Positions 29,841 through 38,391 of a stretch of DNA of 64,000 nt are shown here, piece after piece. The first letter of the stretch is position 1. The number at the start of each line of letters is the position of its first letter. Where the stretch lies: assembly GCA_963825555.1 (NCBI GenBank), contig CAWGTZ010000011.1:89301-153300 (forward strand), written 5' to 3'. The notes below the pieces were generated by a model. That model saw only the letters and a list, made by a program, of their open reading frames with translations. It had not been told where the DNA came from and searched no databases. The stretch comes from an uncultured Alphaproteobacteria bacterium (GTDB lineage Bacteria > Pseudomonadota > Alphaproteobacteria > Rhizobiales > Hyphomicrobiaceae). The position numbers were made by a program, and so were the translations under genes.

Positions 29841-31223
29841 CTATCGCTCCGCAGCGTGGAGAGGGCGGGGCTGGACCAGAACGCCCGGGCCCGCATCCGG
29901 CAGGCGGCTGGACATCACCCGCATACCGCTCTTGAATTTCCCTCTGACCAGAACATCATTCCCGTCGTAGCCGGCCAGACTGACAGGAATTTCGATCAAC
30001 CGGTCATCCTCGCCCACCGCAAATACGCGGTTGCCCGGATGCACGGCGGTCTGCGGCAGCCGCACAACATCCCGATAGTGCCGGTCCGACGTGGTCACGG
30101 ATACAAAAGCGCCGGGTCTCAACGCATCCGTTGCAGGTGAACGCTCAAGGCGGGCGAAAACATCGAACCCGCCTGCAGCGGTCGTGACGACGGGCGAGAC
30201 ACGGTCGATGACGCCTTTGGCTTCAAGATTGAAATTTCCACCCGTCCAGGTGACCCTGACCGGCCTCTTCGCAAGTGATCCCTGATCGTCCAGAAGCCGG
30301 CCATACTGCGCATCACTCAACGCAAAACGCACCTCCAGGCGATCCATATCGATCATGGTCGCTATCTGGTCGTTGATATTCAACAGACGTCCCGTCTCCG
30401 CGGAGACGTTCGAGACGACCCCATCAAATGGAGCCTTCAATACGGTGTTCTGAAGGTCGCGCTCTGCCTTGCGTACATTCCAACGCAGGCGATCGAGAGA
30501 GGCCCGCTCGCGGTCCAACTGCGCTTCGAGTACCTTGATCTGATTACTGCGCTCCTCGAATAGTGCAGTTGCGATCGAAAGACGCGTGCGCGAAGCATCG
30601 AGCGCCGCTGTGGAACTGGCACCGGTTTTCTCGAGCGCGGTGAGCCGTTCGACCTCCCGCTGCGCAATATCCCGCTGCTCCTCAGCCCGCTTTCTCGCAG
30701 CGCGCTCCAGTTCAATACGCGCCCGGGTCTGGACGATACTGAGTTCGGCTTCCGAAAGCTCCGTGCGTGCGCGTACCAGAGCGCCGTCGTACTCAAAGGA
30801 ATCGATGGTGACGAGGGCCTCGCCTGCTTTCACCTGTCCGCCTTCGACAAAATTGGGGGCGATAGCAACGACCTCGCCGCTCACGAGCATCCTCAGATCG
30901 ACGCTGCGCCCCGCCGTAATCTGACCGAATACGGTCAGATGCGGTTGGATGTCGGCAATTCTGGCAACAACCACGTCGACTGGGCGCGCGCGTTCGGCTG
31001 ATCCCTGGCGCGGCGGCGCCGGCTTGCTGTCGATCAGAAAGCGCTGGAGCGCCAGCGCGGAATAGATCACGGCGGCCATCAGCAGCACAGACGTCAGTGC
31101 TCTGGCAATCCACGACCAGGATTGATGACCTGCCGGGGCCGAGCGGAGGCTCTCTGCTACATCGCGGCTGACGTCTGAACTGGTGTCCAGTCGCAACCCC
31201 GGTTTGTGTTTCATCTTGAGCAC
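29841..31223 (-). CDS. RND/HlyD-family periplasmic adaptor subunit
   Basis: N-terminal TM segment, long coiled-coil (ELSEAELSIVQTRARIELERAARKRAEEQ...) and beta-barrel. It lies 6 nt upstream of the RND permease. Confidence 0.8.
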   Translation of the reverse strand: MLKMKHKPGLRLDTSSDVSRDVAESLRSAPAGHQSWSWIARALTSVLLMAAVIYSALALQRFLIDSKPAPPRQGSAERARPVDVVVARIADIQPHLTVFGQITAGRSVDLRMLVSGEVVAIAPNFVEGGQVKAGEALVTIDSFEYDGALVRARTELSEAELSIVQTRARIELERAARKRAEEQRDIAQREVERLTALEKTGASSTAALDASRTRLSIATALFEERSNQIKVLEAQLDRERASLDRLRWNVRKAERDLQNTVLKAPFDGVVSNVSAETGRLLNINDQIATMIDMDRLEVRFALSDAQYGRLLDDQGSLAKRPVRVTWTGGNFNLEAKGVIDRVSPVVTTAAGGFDVFARLERSPATDALRPGAFVSVTTSDRHYRDVVRLPQTAVHPGNRVFAVGEDDRLIEIPVSLAGYDGNDVLVRGKFKSGMRVMSSRLPDAGPGVLVQPRPLHAAER

Positions 31224-31890
31224 TTCAATTCGGTTCGCTCCCAGGCGCCAACGAACCGGGCCGTCATTCGGTTATCCTTGCAAGGGATTTCATATTAACC
31301 CAATCTTCTTAAAGAGTTGTGGTCAATAGTTTTTATCTAGTTCCGTGCCGCCTGCGATGTTTGACTGAATTGCGCGCAGCAAAATCCGTCCAGACCCGAC
31401 CAAAAAAGAATAGGCGGGGGAGCCAGCCGAATTATGTTCCGGCGTCGGACCCTGTCCCCTGCCCCGTTCGGGCCCGCGGCCAGAGCACGCATCAAGAACA
31501 TGTGACGCCTGCAGGAGGACCCGCTGCGCTCGAGCCGCCCGGCGACGGTTGAAATCGACACGAACCGGCCCCATGTCGAGTAAGACGCCTTATAAATCCT
31601 GGAACGAGATGCTGGTGGATCGTGTCGCAAACTGCACGGTCGACGCGTCCCGTAGCGTTGGAATTGGGTTTTGTGGCTCCTATGCCGAGTCTACCATCGA
31701 GTGCCTATATCGGCGCTGAAGCCGGTTGCGCCCCCTGAAGCGGCGCCAGACGCTAGCCTGATGTCAACGCGGTGAAGCGGACTTTGAATTTCCGCCTGCA
31801 GACGCGGCGGCAACAGATTTTAACAACCTTCGCTTTCCTCAGTATCTCAAAATGGAGGATCGGGCGTCCGAACCGATAAGGAGGACCGAT

Positions 31891-32166
31891 ATGCGAAAAT
31901 ACCCAACCATTTCGATGCTGTTCGCAGCGCCATGGCTGTTCCTCAGCCCGGCTCTTGGAGCCGATACCGCCCCCATCGACAACTCCGCCTCAGAAGCCGC
32001 CTCGACGGCATCTGACAAGATGAGCGGGTCTTCGCCGACCCCAACGCCCGGACGCGCAGCGGGGCAGGAAACGTCTGACCGAACACCTAAGAAAGATACC
32101 AGCACGCCTCTGTCGCAGACGACCAAGGTCGAAGGCGAAACTTCCGATCGCACACCCGGGAACTAA
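31891..32166 (+). CDS. Small secreted low-complexity (Ser/Thr/Pro-rich) protein
   Basis: Strong AAGGAGG sits 7 nt before ATG 31891. Signal peptide MRKYPTISMLFAAPWLFLSPALGA. Confidence 0.55.
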   Translation: MRKYPTISMLFAAPWLFLSPALGADTAPIDNSASEAASTASDKMSGSSPTPTPGRAAGQETSDRTPKKDTSTPLSQTTKVEGETSDRTPGN

Positions 32167-32180
32167 CTCGCGGCAGATAG

Positions 32181-32214
32181 CATGTGCGCGTTCCACTTCA
32201 GGAGCGCGCACATG
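32181..32214. other. Perfect 10-bp inverted repeat CATGTGCGCG-N14-CGCGCACATG
   Basis: Seen directly. It lies between the stop at 32166 and the CBS gene start at 32264. No U-tract follows, so it is either an atypical terminator or a protein-binding palindrome. Confidence 0.4.
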
Positions 32215-32263
32215 CCCGACGCCATTAACAAGAGCCTACAAAGGCAAAAAAGGGAGACCATCC

Positions 32264-32686
32264 ATGAAAGTCAAAGAGGTGATGCACAAGGGTGTGACAT
32301 GGGCAGGACCTGATACGCCCATCAGCGAGATCGCCAAGCTCATGCGGGACCATGACATCGGTGCCATTCCCATCGGGGACGACGACCGGTTGATCGGCAT
32401 GGTGACTGACCGCGATATAGTCTGCAAAGGTCTTACAGACGAGAATTTCGACCCCCGCACAGCCACGGCACTCTCGGTCATGACACCCGGAATCCACTGC
32501 TGCGCTGAGGACGATGATCTCGACAAAGCCATTGCACACCTGGAAGACAAGAAGGTCCGCCGGCTGCCTGTCATTAACAAGCACAAGCGGATGGTGGGCA
32601 TCGTAAGCCTTGGCGATCTTGGGCAGAAGGCATCAGATGCCCGGTTAGCCGACTGTGTGAAGACCCTCTCGGCGCATCATCACTGA
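32264..32686 (+). CDS. CBS-pair domain protein
   Basis: Two CBS repeats (MKVKEVMHKGVTW...IGAIPIGDDDRLIGMVTDRDI; VMTPGIHCC...VRRLPVINKHKRMVGIVSLGDL). Confidence 0.85.
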   Translation: MKVKEVMHKGVTWAGPDTPISEIAKLMRDHDIGAIPIGDDDRLIGMVTDRDIVCKGLTDENFDPRTATALSVMTPGIHCCAEDDDLDKAIAHLEDKKVRRLPVINKHKRMVGIVSLGDLGQKASDARLADCVKTLSAHHH

Positions 32687-32782
32687 AGACCAGTAATGAG
32701 ACTACCCGTCGCGCGGCGGCACGGACCCTAGTCACTCGTCCGGGCCTGTCGCTGCACGGCTTCAAAAGCATGAGGTAAATGG

Positions 32783-32938
32783 ATGACAGAAGATAAGACG
32801 GTTCTCGCGACCACAGAAGCACGTCAGGGCGTGACCAAGGACGGCCGTGTGCTCAAGATTCTCCTCGTCTCTCTCGCACTCGCAGTCGTTCTGCTGCTGC
32901 TAGCCTATTTCGCATTCTTCCCTAAAGCGCCCGCCTGA
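32783..32938 (+). CDS. Small (51 aa) single-TM protein, below the ORF-track size cutoff
   Basis: My own translation: MTEDKTVLATTEARQGVTKDGRVLKILLVSLALAVVLLLLAYFAFFPKAPA. It has a polar N-terminus plus one clean TM helix. No strong SD. Confidence 0.4.
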   Translation: MTEDKTVLATTEARQGVTKDGRVLKILLVSLALAVVLLLLAYFAFFPKAPA

Positions 32939-33175
32939 GCCCTGCGAGGCTAACCAACCGCAACCGGCCCTCGTCATTCCGCCTCGGCGCGTCGGGCGAC
33001 GTAGCTTCTGAGCCGGGTGGCGGGCGTCGCCTCGGGTGTTCTGGCGGCGCACATAGCTGATCATAGCGTCGGGCTTTTCCGACTTGACCTTGGGAGCCGC
33101 GATCAGCGCGTCTTCGGCCTCCAAGACGAAATGTTGCGACTTGGTCGCCAGATCAATTCCCACGGCGTATCGCAT
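32900..33175 (-). CDS. Hypothetical small protein downstream of the cytochrome c array
   Basis: ATG 33175 is preceded by GAGGTGG. The N-terminal 55 aa looks protein-like (MRYAVGIDLATKSQHFVLEAEDALIAAPKVKSEKPDAMISYVRRQ), but the tail is Arg/Gly-rich and overlaps the convergent small ORF. Confidence 0.3.
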   Translation of the reverse strand: MRYAVGIDLATKSQHFVLEAEDALIAAPKVKSEKPDAMISYVRRQNTRGDARHPAQKLRRPTRRGGMTRAGCGWLASQGSGGRFREECEIG

Positions 33176-33238
33176 GATCCACCTCGATGTTGTGGGATTC
33201 GCGCAAATCTCACCTTCGCGCCACATGCAGATCTGACA

Positions 33239-33619
33239 TCATCGCTTCTTGCGCAGAGACTCGACGAAGGCAACGACATCCTCCCGTTCCTTTTCAGACA
33301 GACGGGGAGTCGGCATGTCGCTATGCGGCGGAACCGCCATCATGGTCCGAAACCGGACCGTCGAATAGTTCGGGCTATTTGCAATGTCGGCGAGGGTCGG
33401 CACGGGCACGTCATCCACTCCGAGCGGGGTACTGTTTCCGTGACAGATTCCGCAGATCTGTTCCGCGATCTCCCGCCCCTTGGCCACATCCCCAGCATTG
33501 GCGGCACCCTGCTGTCCAGCCGCCTGAAAGGCGACACCAAGGGCGCAGCCGCCGCACAGAACAACGGCTTTTCTCCAGGGAGATAGTGAGCGGCCGGCCG
33601 GTCGAAAAGTCCGGAGCAT
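33239..33619 (-). CDS. Monoheme c-type cytochrome, array member 1
   Basis: AGGAG sits 8 nt before ATG 33619. Signal peptide, CGICH, then PPHSDMP and a C-terminal helix VVAFVESLR. Confidence 0.8.
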   Translation of the reverse strand: MLRTFRPAGRSLSPWRKAVVLCGGCALGVAFQAAGQQGAANAGDVAKGREIAEQICGICHGNSTPLGVDDVPVPTLADIANSPNYSTVRFRTMMAVPPHSDMPTPRLSEKEREDVVAFVESLRKKR

Positions 33620-33767
33620 GCCAAAACTCCTGTTGTTGCAGACCATTGATCGCCGAGGCTCAAAGACGTTCCGATAGCATCGGTACTTGCACGGCCGGTC
33701 CCATGGTCAGTTTCAAATTGTGCGCAGCCCGACCGGGCAACCCGCAAGGGCCCTTTGCAATCTCGGT

Positions 33768-34109
33768 TTATTTCTGATCACGGAGCGACAGTATGTAGGC
33801 GCTAATATCCCTCAGCTCGTTGTTGCTGAAGGGAACGTCCGGCATCTCGGGATGCGGCGGAAACACGAGGGACCAGATCAGTTTGTCTGCGGATTGATCA
33901 GCCCGGTTGGCGATAGCGAGGAAGTTTGGGGCTTCGGGCTTTGGACTGGACTGCGTGCCTGACGCTACGTGATGACAAGCTGCGCACCGCCCCTCTGCCA
34001 GCTCTTTTCCACGAGCGGGATCAGAAGCTTCGGCCTTGGCCGCGGCAGATGTCGCCAGAACGGCCAACGCCATAGACCCGGCCACACCCAGACCAATACT
34101 ACAACGCAT
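33768..34109 (-). CDS. Monoheme c-type cytochrome, array member 2
   Basis: AAGGAGG sits 7 nt before the ATG. Signal peptide, CAACH, FPPHPEMP, ELRDISAYILSLR. Confidence 0.85.
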   Translation of the reverse strand: MRCSIGLGVAGSMALAVLATSAAAKAEASDPARGKELAEGRCAACHHVASGTQSSPKPEAPNFLAIANRADQSADKLIWSLVFPPHPEMPDVPFSNNELRDISAYILSLRDQK

Positions 34110-34167
34110 CCGCTATCCTCCTTAACTCAACTCCGTCGGGCGCACCGGCATACCCGTCCTGCCGGAT

Positions 34168-34524
34168 TCAATTCGCCGTCCGCAGGGACATGATGTAGCC
34201 GACGAGGTCGCGCAGTTCCGCATTCGTGAAGGAGACTGCCGGCATGGCAGGATGAGGCGGAAATACAATGGCCCCGATCAGCCGATCGGCCGACTGTCCG
34301 GACCGGTTGGCAATCGAAAAGAAGCTGGCAACGTCCGTTCTCGCGATATTACCGGGACTCGCATCCACGTTGTGGCAGGTGACACAAAGCCTTTCGGCTA
34401 GCTCCTTACCCCTGCTTGGATCGACACGTCCCGGCTGGGCAAGTGCTGGACCAGCCAAAAACATGAAAAAGACGAGCGCTGAAAGGGTCTTGACTGCATA
34501 TGCGCATTTTGAATTTCCGAGCAT
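34168..34524 (-). CDS. Monoheme c-type cytochrome, array member 3
   Basis: Signal peptide ending PALAQ, CVTCH, FPPHPAMP, ELRDLVGYIMSLR. Confidence 0.85.
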   Translation of the reverse strand: MLGNSKCAYAVKTLSALVFFMFLAGPALAQPGRVDPSRGKELAERLCVTCHNVDASPGNIARTDVASFFSIANRSGQSADRLIGAIVFPPHPAMPAVSFTNAELRDLVGYIMSLRTAN

Positions 34525-34598
34525 TCAGCATCCTCTCGCATTTGTACACGCGGCAACCTCGGTGATTTAAATCAGAACATGCGCGATCGCGGTCCGCT

Positions 34599-34612
34599 TT
34601 GACCTCAATCAG
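34599..34612. promoter_or_regulatory. Near-perfect FNR/FixK-type box TTGACCTCAATCAG in the divergent region of the cytochrome array
   Basis: TTGA-N6-TCAg, with a second weaker site GTGATTTAAATCAG at 34562..34575. It lies between cytochrome member 3 (start 34524, minus) and ORF 34675 (plus). Confidence 0.35.
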
Positions 34613-34674
34613 CACCCAGGCCGGAAGAGATGATATTATTTCGTTTGGCTTGATGGAAACAAAGAGACCCCATC

Positions 34675-34914
34675 ATGGGCAGCGAACGGATGACTCCAAA
34701 TGGTCCACGGGATCAGATTTGCTTCGCGCTCTATCAGCTTCGCGATGACCTCGCAGAGTTGATCTATGGCTTGGAGTCCGGGCAGATGTCCCAGGAACAG
34801 GTCGTATCAGGAGCCAGGGCTCAGCTCGAATGTGTCCTGAACGCTTTGTCCGAGCACGAGCGGACAACCCCTGACCTGAAGCAGATCAGGCCACGCCCCG
34901 ACCGCGACCACTAG
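34675..34914 (+). CDS. Hypothetical small protein (79 aa) embedded in the cytochrome c array
   Basis: The ORF fills the gap between array members 3 and 4 on the opposite strand. It is predicted helical (FALYQLRDDLAELIYGLESG...LECVLNALSEHE). No family recognised. Confidence 0.4.
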   Translation: MGSERMTPNGPRDQICFALYQLRDDLAELIYGLESGQMSQEQVVSGARAQLECVLNALSEHERTTPDLKQIRPRPDRDH

Positions 34915-34966
34915 GGTTCTAAGTGCGGGCTTTGACGTGTTGGCGGACCGATTCAAACCGTCTTCA

Positions 34967-35317
34967 CTATTGTTGCGTGCCCGGGCTGCGCAGGGAGAGA
35001 ATGTAGGCGACCATATCTCTGAGATCCGTCGTCGTGAACGTCACATCCGGCATGTCTGGATGCGGAAAGACGATGGCTTCCACCAGAGCCACCTCCGACT
35101 GGAGAGGTTTGTTCGCAATTACCAGAAAGCTCGGCACGCCATTGTCCGTGCCCTCCGACGCGTCCAGCGTCACATCATGGCAGAGCGCACAGATGTTCTC
35201 AGCCAATTCCTCGCCGCGGGTCAGATCCGGCGGACCCTGCTGAGCTCGTGCAGGCGACACTACCGCCGAGACCAGGGCTGCGACCATGAAAAGGCAGTGT
35301 CCCAATCCTGTGCGCAT
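34967..35317 (-). CDS. Monoheme c-type cytochrome, array member 4
   Basis: Start at MRTGLGHCLFMVAALVSAVVSPARA (GGAGAGG upstream). CALCH, FPHPDMP, DLRDMVAYILSLR. Confidence 0.8.
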   Translation of the reverse strand: MRTGLGHCLFMVAALVSAVVSPARAQQGPPDLTRGEELAENICALCHDVTLDASEGTDNGVPSFLVIANKPLQSEVALVEAIVFPHPDMPDVTFTTTDLRDMVAYILSLRSPGTQQ

Positions 35318-35444
35318 AGCCTCTCCGCCACAAAGCAACCGTTTCCAAGGTCGCTTACGCAGCGCCCCCATTCGGACGGAGCAATACACGGGTTCGGGTC
35401 CGGGACAAGATGGACAAAGATCAGTCAGCCGCAGCGTGTCCAGA

Positions 35445-36587
35445 TCAACTCAGGTCGGGGGACGGAATCTCCTGGTCTTTGAGCAAGTCCCCGGTTGGTC
35501 CGATCACTGTCTCGTCGCGGGCAAAGAGTGGCGGGCTCTGGACATAGAGTGTCAAAAGCCGCGCAACGCTTTCCAGCGACTCAATGTGGGTCCGTTCATA
35601 GCCGTGCGATGAATCCAGAGCGAAGCAGATGAGCGCTGTCCGAATGTCGTTTCCTGCCTCCACCGCCGCTGCGGAGTCGCTGCGGTAGTGATTGAAAACA
35701 TCTCGGCTGTGTTCAATTCCATAGTGCCGGCAGATCTCGATCAGCCGGCGCGTCAGATGCCAGTCGAAGGGGCCACTCGAATCCTGCATGGTAATCGTCG
35801 CGCCATAGTCAGAGGTATACTGATCCGGCGCACTCGTTCCATTGTCGATGGAAACCATTTCCGCCACGTCACCATGCAATACATGACTCGCGCCGACGCC
35901 GACTTCCTCCGAAATCGTGAACAGAAGATTGCAGCCGATCGGCATCGTGACGCCGCTTTCGACAATGGCCTTTGTCGCAGTCAAGACCGCGGCCACACCG
36001 GCCTTGTTGTCGAGGTGACGGGAATTGATGAAGCCATTGGCCGAAAACTTGGGCTGTGGATCGATCGAGATCGTATCGCCCACATTGACCCCGAGCGTGC
36101 GGGTTTCCTCCACGTTAGCCGCCCGCTCATCGAGCCGGATCTCGAGATTTTCCCAGGAGATCTCTTGCCTGTCGATGTCCTCTCCGAAGACATGACCCGA
36201 GGCCTTCAGCGGGAGAATCGTACCATGCAGCTTGCGGTCTCCATCGCAATGCAGCGTCACACGTGCACCCTCTGCAAAGCGCGCCGACCACGTTCCGATA
36301 GGCGCGACGCTCGGCCGGCCGTTCGGACGGATTCCCTTCACGATCGCCCCGAGCGTATCGAGATGGGTAACGAGTGCCCTGCCGGCCACTTCATGTCGCC
36401 CCGGCAACGTGGCGCGAATTGCCCCGCGCCGCGTCAACTCGACACCGACCCCCATGGCTTCCAGGCACTGGCACACGTAGGCGACGGCCTGGTCCGTCAT
36501 GCCTGTCGGGCTTGGAATAGCGAGCAGTTCGGCTAGGTGCCCGCACAGGACCTGGCGATCGATCTCAAGACTCCGAAGCCTGCGCAT
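35445..36587 (-). CDS. NAGGN-system M42 family peptidase
   Basis: M42 aminopeptidase-like sequence (THLDTLG..., SRHLDNKAGVAA..., ISEEVG...) in third position after the asnO-like and ngg-like genes. This is the conserved three-gene NAGGN arrangement. Confidence 0.8.
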   Translation of the reverse strand: MRRLRSLEIDRQVLCGHLAELLAIPSPTGMTDQAVAYVCQCLEAMGVGVELTRRGAIRATLPGRHEVAGRALVTHLDTLGAIVKGIRPNGRPSVAPIGTWSARFAEGARVTLHCDGDRKLHGTILPLKASGHVFGEDIDRQEISWENLEIRLDERAANVEETRTLGVNVGDTISIDPQPKFSANGFINSRHLDNKAGVAAVLTATKAIVESGVTMPIGCNLLFTISEEVGVGASHVLHGDVAEMVSIDNGTSAPDQYTSDYGATITMQDSSGPFDWHLTRRLIEICRHYGIEHSRDVFNHYRSDSAAAVEAGNDIRTALICFALDSSHGYERTHIESLESVARLLTLYVQSPPLFARDETVIGPTGDLLKDQEIPSPDLS

Positions 36588-36596
36588 ACTTTTTCC

Positions 36597-38369
36597 TTAG
36601 GCCGCCGCCGACTGAACACGTGTCTGAGGGAACAGGAGATCGATGAAGCGCACGGCGGTCGGCGCAGGTTCGTGATTGGCAAGGCCCGGACGCTCGTTGG
36701 CCTCGATAATTCGGTATTCTGGCCGGTCTGGCGCGCGGACCATGAAATCGAGACCCACGACGGGCATGTCAAGGATTTGCGCGGCCCGGACCGCGGCATC
36801 GGCCAACTCTGGATGCAGCCGCTTCGTCACATCATGGATCGTTCCGCCGGTATGCAGGTTCGCCGTCTTGCGAACAGCGAGTTTCTCTCCTTCGGGAAGG
36901 ATAGAATCCAAATTGTAACCGGACTCACGAATGCAGCGCTCTGTTTCCGCGTCCAGCGGAATGCGGCTCTCACCCTTGGTAGCCGCAGCGCGGCGGCGGT
37001 CGAACTTCTCGATCAGCGTCGATATCGTATGTACGCCATCGCCGACGATTGTGGCTGGCTTGCGTATAGCGGCTGCCACGACCTCGCCGCCGATGACGAT
37101 GATGCGAAGGTCCTGCCCAGCGACGAATTCCTCCATGATCAAGTCGTCCGCATGATCCCGCGCGCGCAGCAAGGCGTCGCGGACATCCTGCTGGCTGCGG
37201 AGATCGACCGACACGCCGGCGCCCTGTTCGCCCTTGGCAGGCTTCACCACGACACGCTGGTGGCGGCGCAGAAACTCAAGGGCTTCGGTATCATCCTTCA
37301 CATGGATCTGGGCAGGAACCGCCAGCCCGTTTGCCAACAGAAGACGATGGGTCAACCGCTTGTCATCACAGCGGCTCATGGCCACGGCGCTCGTCAGATC
37401 GCAAAGGGATTCCCGGCAGGCAATCGTTCGCGATCCCAGAGATAGACGGAAGAGACCGGCACGCGCGTCCTCCACCTCGACGGCGATCCCGCGCCGGCGC
37501 GCTTCGTCGATTATGATCTGGGCATAGATGTTGAGTTCATCGGCGGGTTCGGGACCGATGTAGAGTTTCTCGTTGATCTGGCTTCGTGTCTTGACCGTGA
37601 ACACGGAGACTTTCTCGAAGCCGAGCTTGGCATAGAGCGACAGCGCCTCCGCGTTGTCGTGCATGACGGAAAGCTCCATGAAGGAGCGGCCGCAGTTGCG
37701 GAATGTCCGGGCAAGCTTCAGGACGAGCTGCTGCCCAACGCCCGGAAGAGAGCATTTCGGGTCGACGGCAAGGGCCCAGAGGCTCGTGCCGTTCTCTTCG
37801 TCGCCAAACACTGCCACATGATCAACGCCCATGACGGCGCCGATCACCTTCTTGCGGTTGACGTCCTCGGCGACAAGCACGCGAACCGCGCTATGACCTT
37901 CGATCTCGGCGAGATACCCCGTGCGGACAGGCACCATGCCATGCACCGTATAGATGGCATTGATGGCCGCCTCGTCACCGGGCACGGCGGCGCGAACCTG
38001 GAAACGGCGTCTCTTTGCCACCTGAAGCGTGGGCGCGTTGAGGTCGAGACGCAACGTATGGGAAGGATCGAGAAAGAGCGCCTGCGGCGCGAAACCCAGA
38101 ACGAGATGGGGGTCTTGCACGTGGAACGCGACATCCCGCGTCCCGCGGGCTTCCTCCTGAAGGGTCTGAGCCAGCACCTTGGGATCGGTAAATGTCTGGC
38201 CGAAGATCAAACGGCCCCAGCCGCAATCGGCTATGGCCTGCTCTCCGTAGGATGAAGCTGTCACGGCTCCGCTGGTCGGCGTGCCCGAAGCATTCGCAGT
38301 TCGCGGCGCTGCAAAGCCTGTCATTGACTTATCCTCTCTTGTCGTCATTGACGAAGTGGCGCGGCTCAT
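36597..38369 (-). CDS. ngg: N-acetylglutaminylglutamine synthetase (GNAT + ATP-grasp)
   Basis: N-terminal GNAT region (VIGAVMGVDH...LAVDP...GVGQQLV) is followed by an ATP-grasp ligase region (VVVKPAKGEQGAGVSV..., IIEANERPGLANH). The ORF-track start at 38552 overlaps asnO, so ATG 38369 was chosen. Confidence 0.8.
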   Translation of the reverse strand: MSRATSSMTTREDKSMTGFAAPRTANASGTPTSGAVTASSYGEQAIADCGWGRLIFGQTFTDPKVLAQTLQEEARGTRDVAFHVQDPHLVLGFAPQALFLDPSHTLRLDLNAPTLQVAKRRRFQVRAAVPGDEAAINAIYTVHGMVPVRTGYLAEIEGHSAVRVLVAEDVNRKKVIGAVMGVDHVAVFGDEENGTSLWALAVDPKCSLPGVGQQLVLKLARTFRNCGRSFMELSVMHDNAEALSLYAKLGFEKVSVFTVKTRSQINEKLYIGPEPADELNIYAQIIIDEARRRGIAVEVEDARAGLFRLSLGSRTIACRESLCDLTSAVAMSRCDDKRLTHRLLLANGLAVPAQIHVKDDTEALEFLRRHQRVVVKPAKGEQGAGVSVDLRSQQDVRDALLRARDHADDLIMEEFVAGQDLRIIVIGGEVVAAAIRKPATIVGDGVHTISTLIEKFDRRRAAATKGESRIPLDAETERCIRESGYNLDSILPEGEKLAVRKTANLHTGGTIHDVTKRLHPELADAAVRAAQILDMPVVGLDFMVRAPDRPEYRIIEANERPGLANHEPAPTAVRFIDLLFPQTRVQSAAA

Positions 38370-38391
38370 AAGCCGGCGATCAACACTCGCA

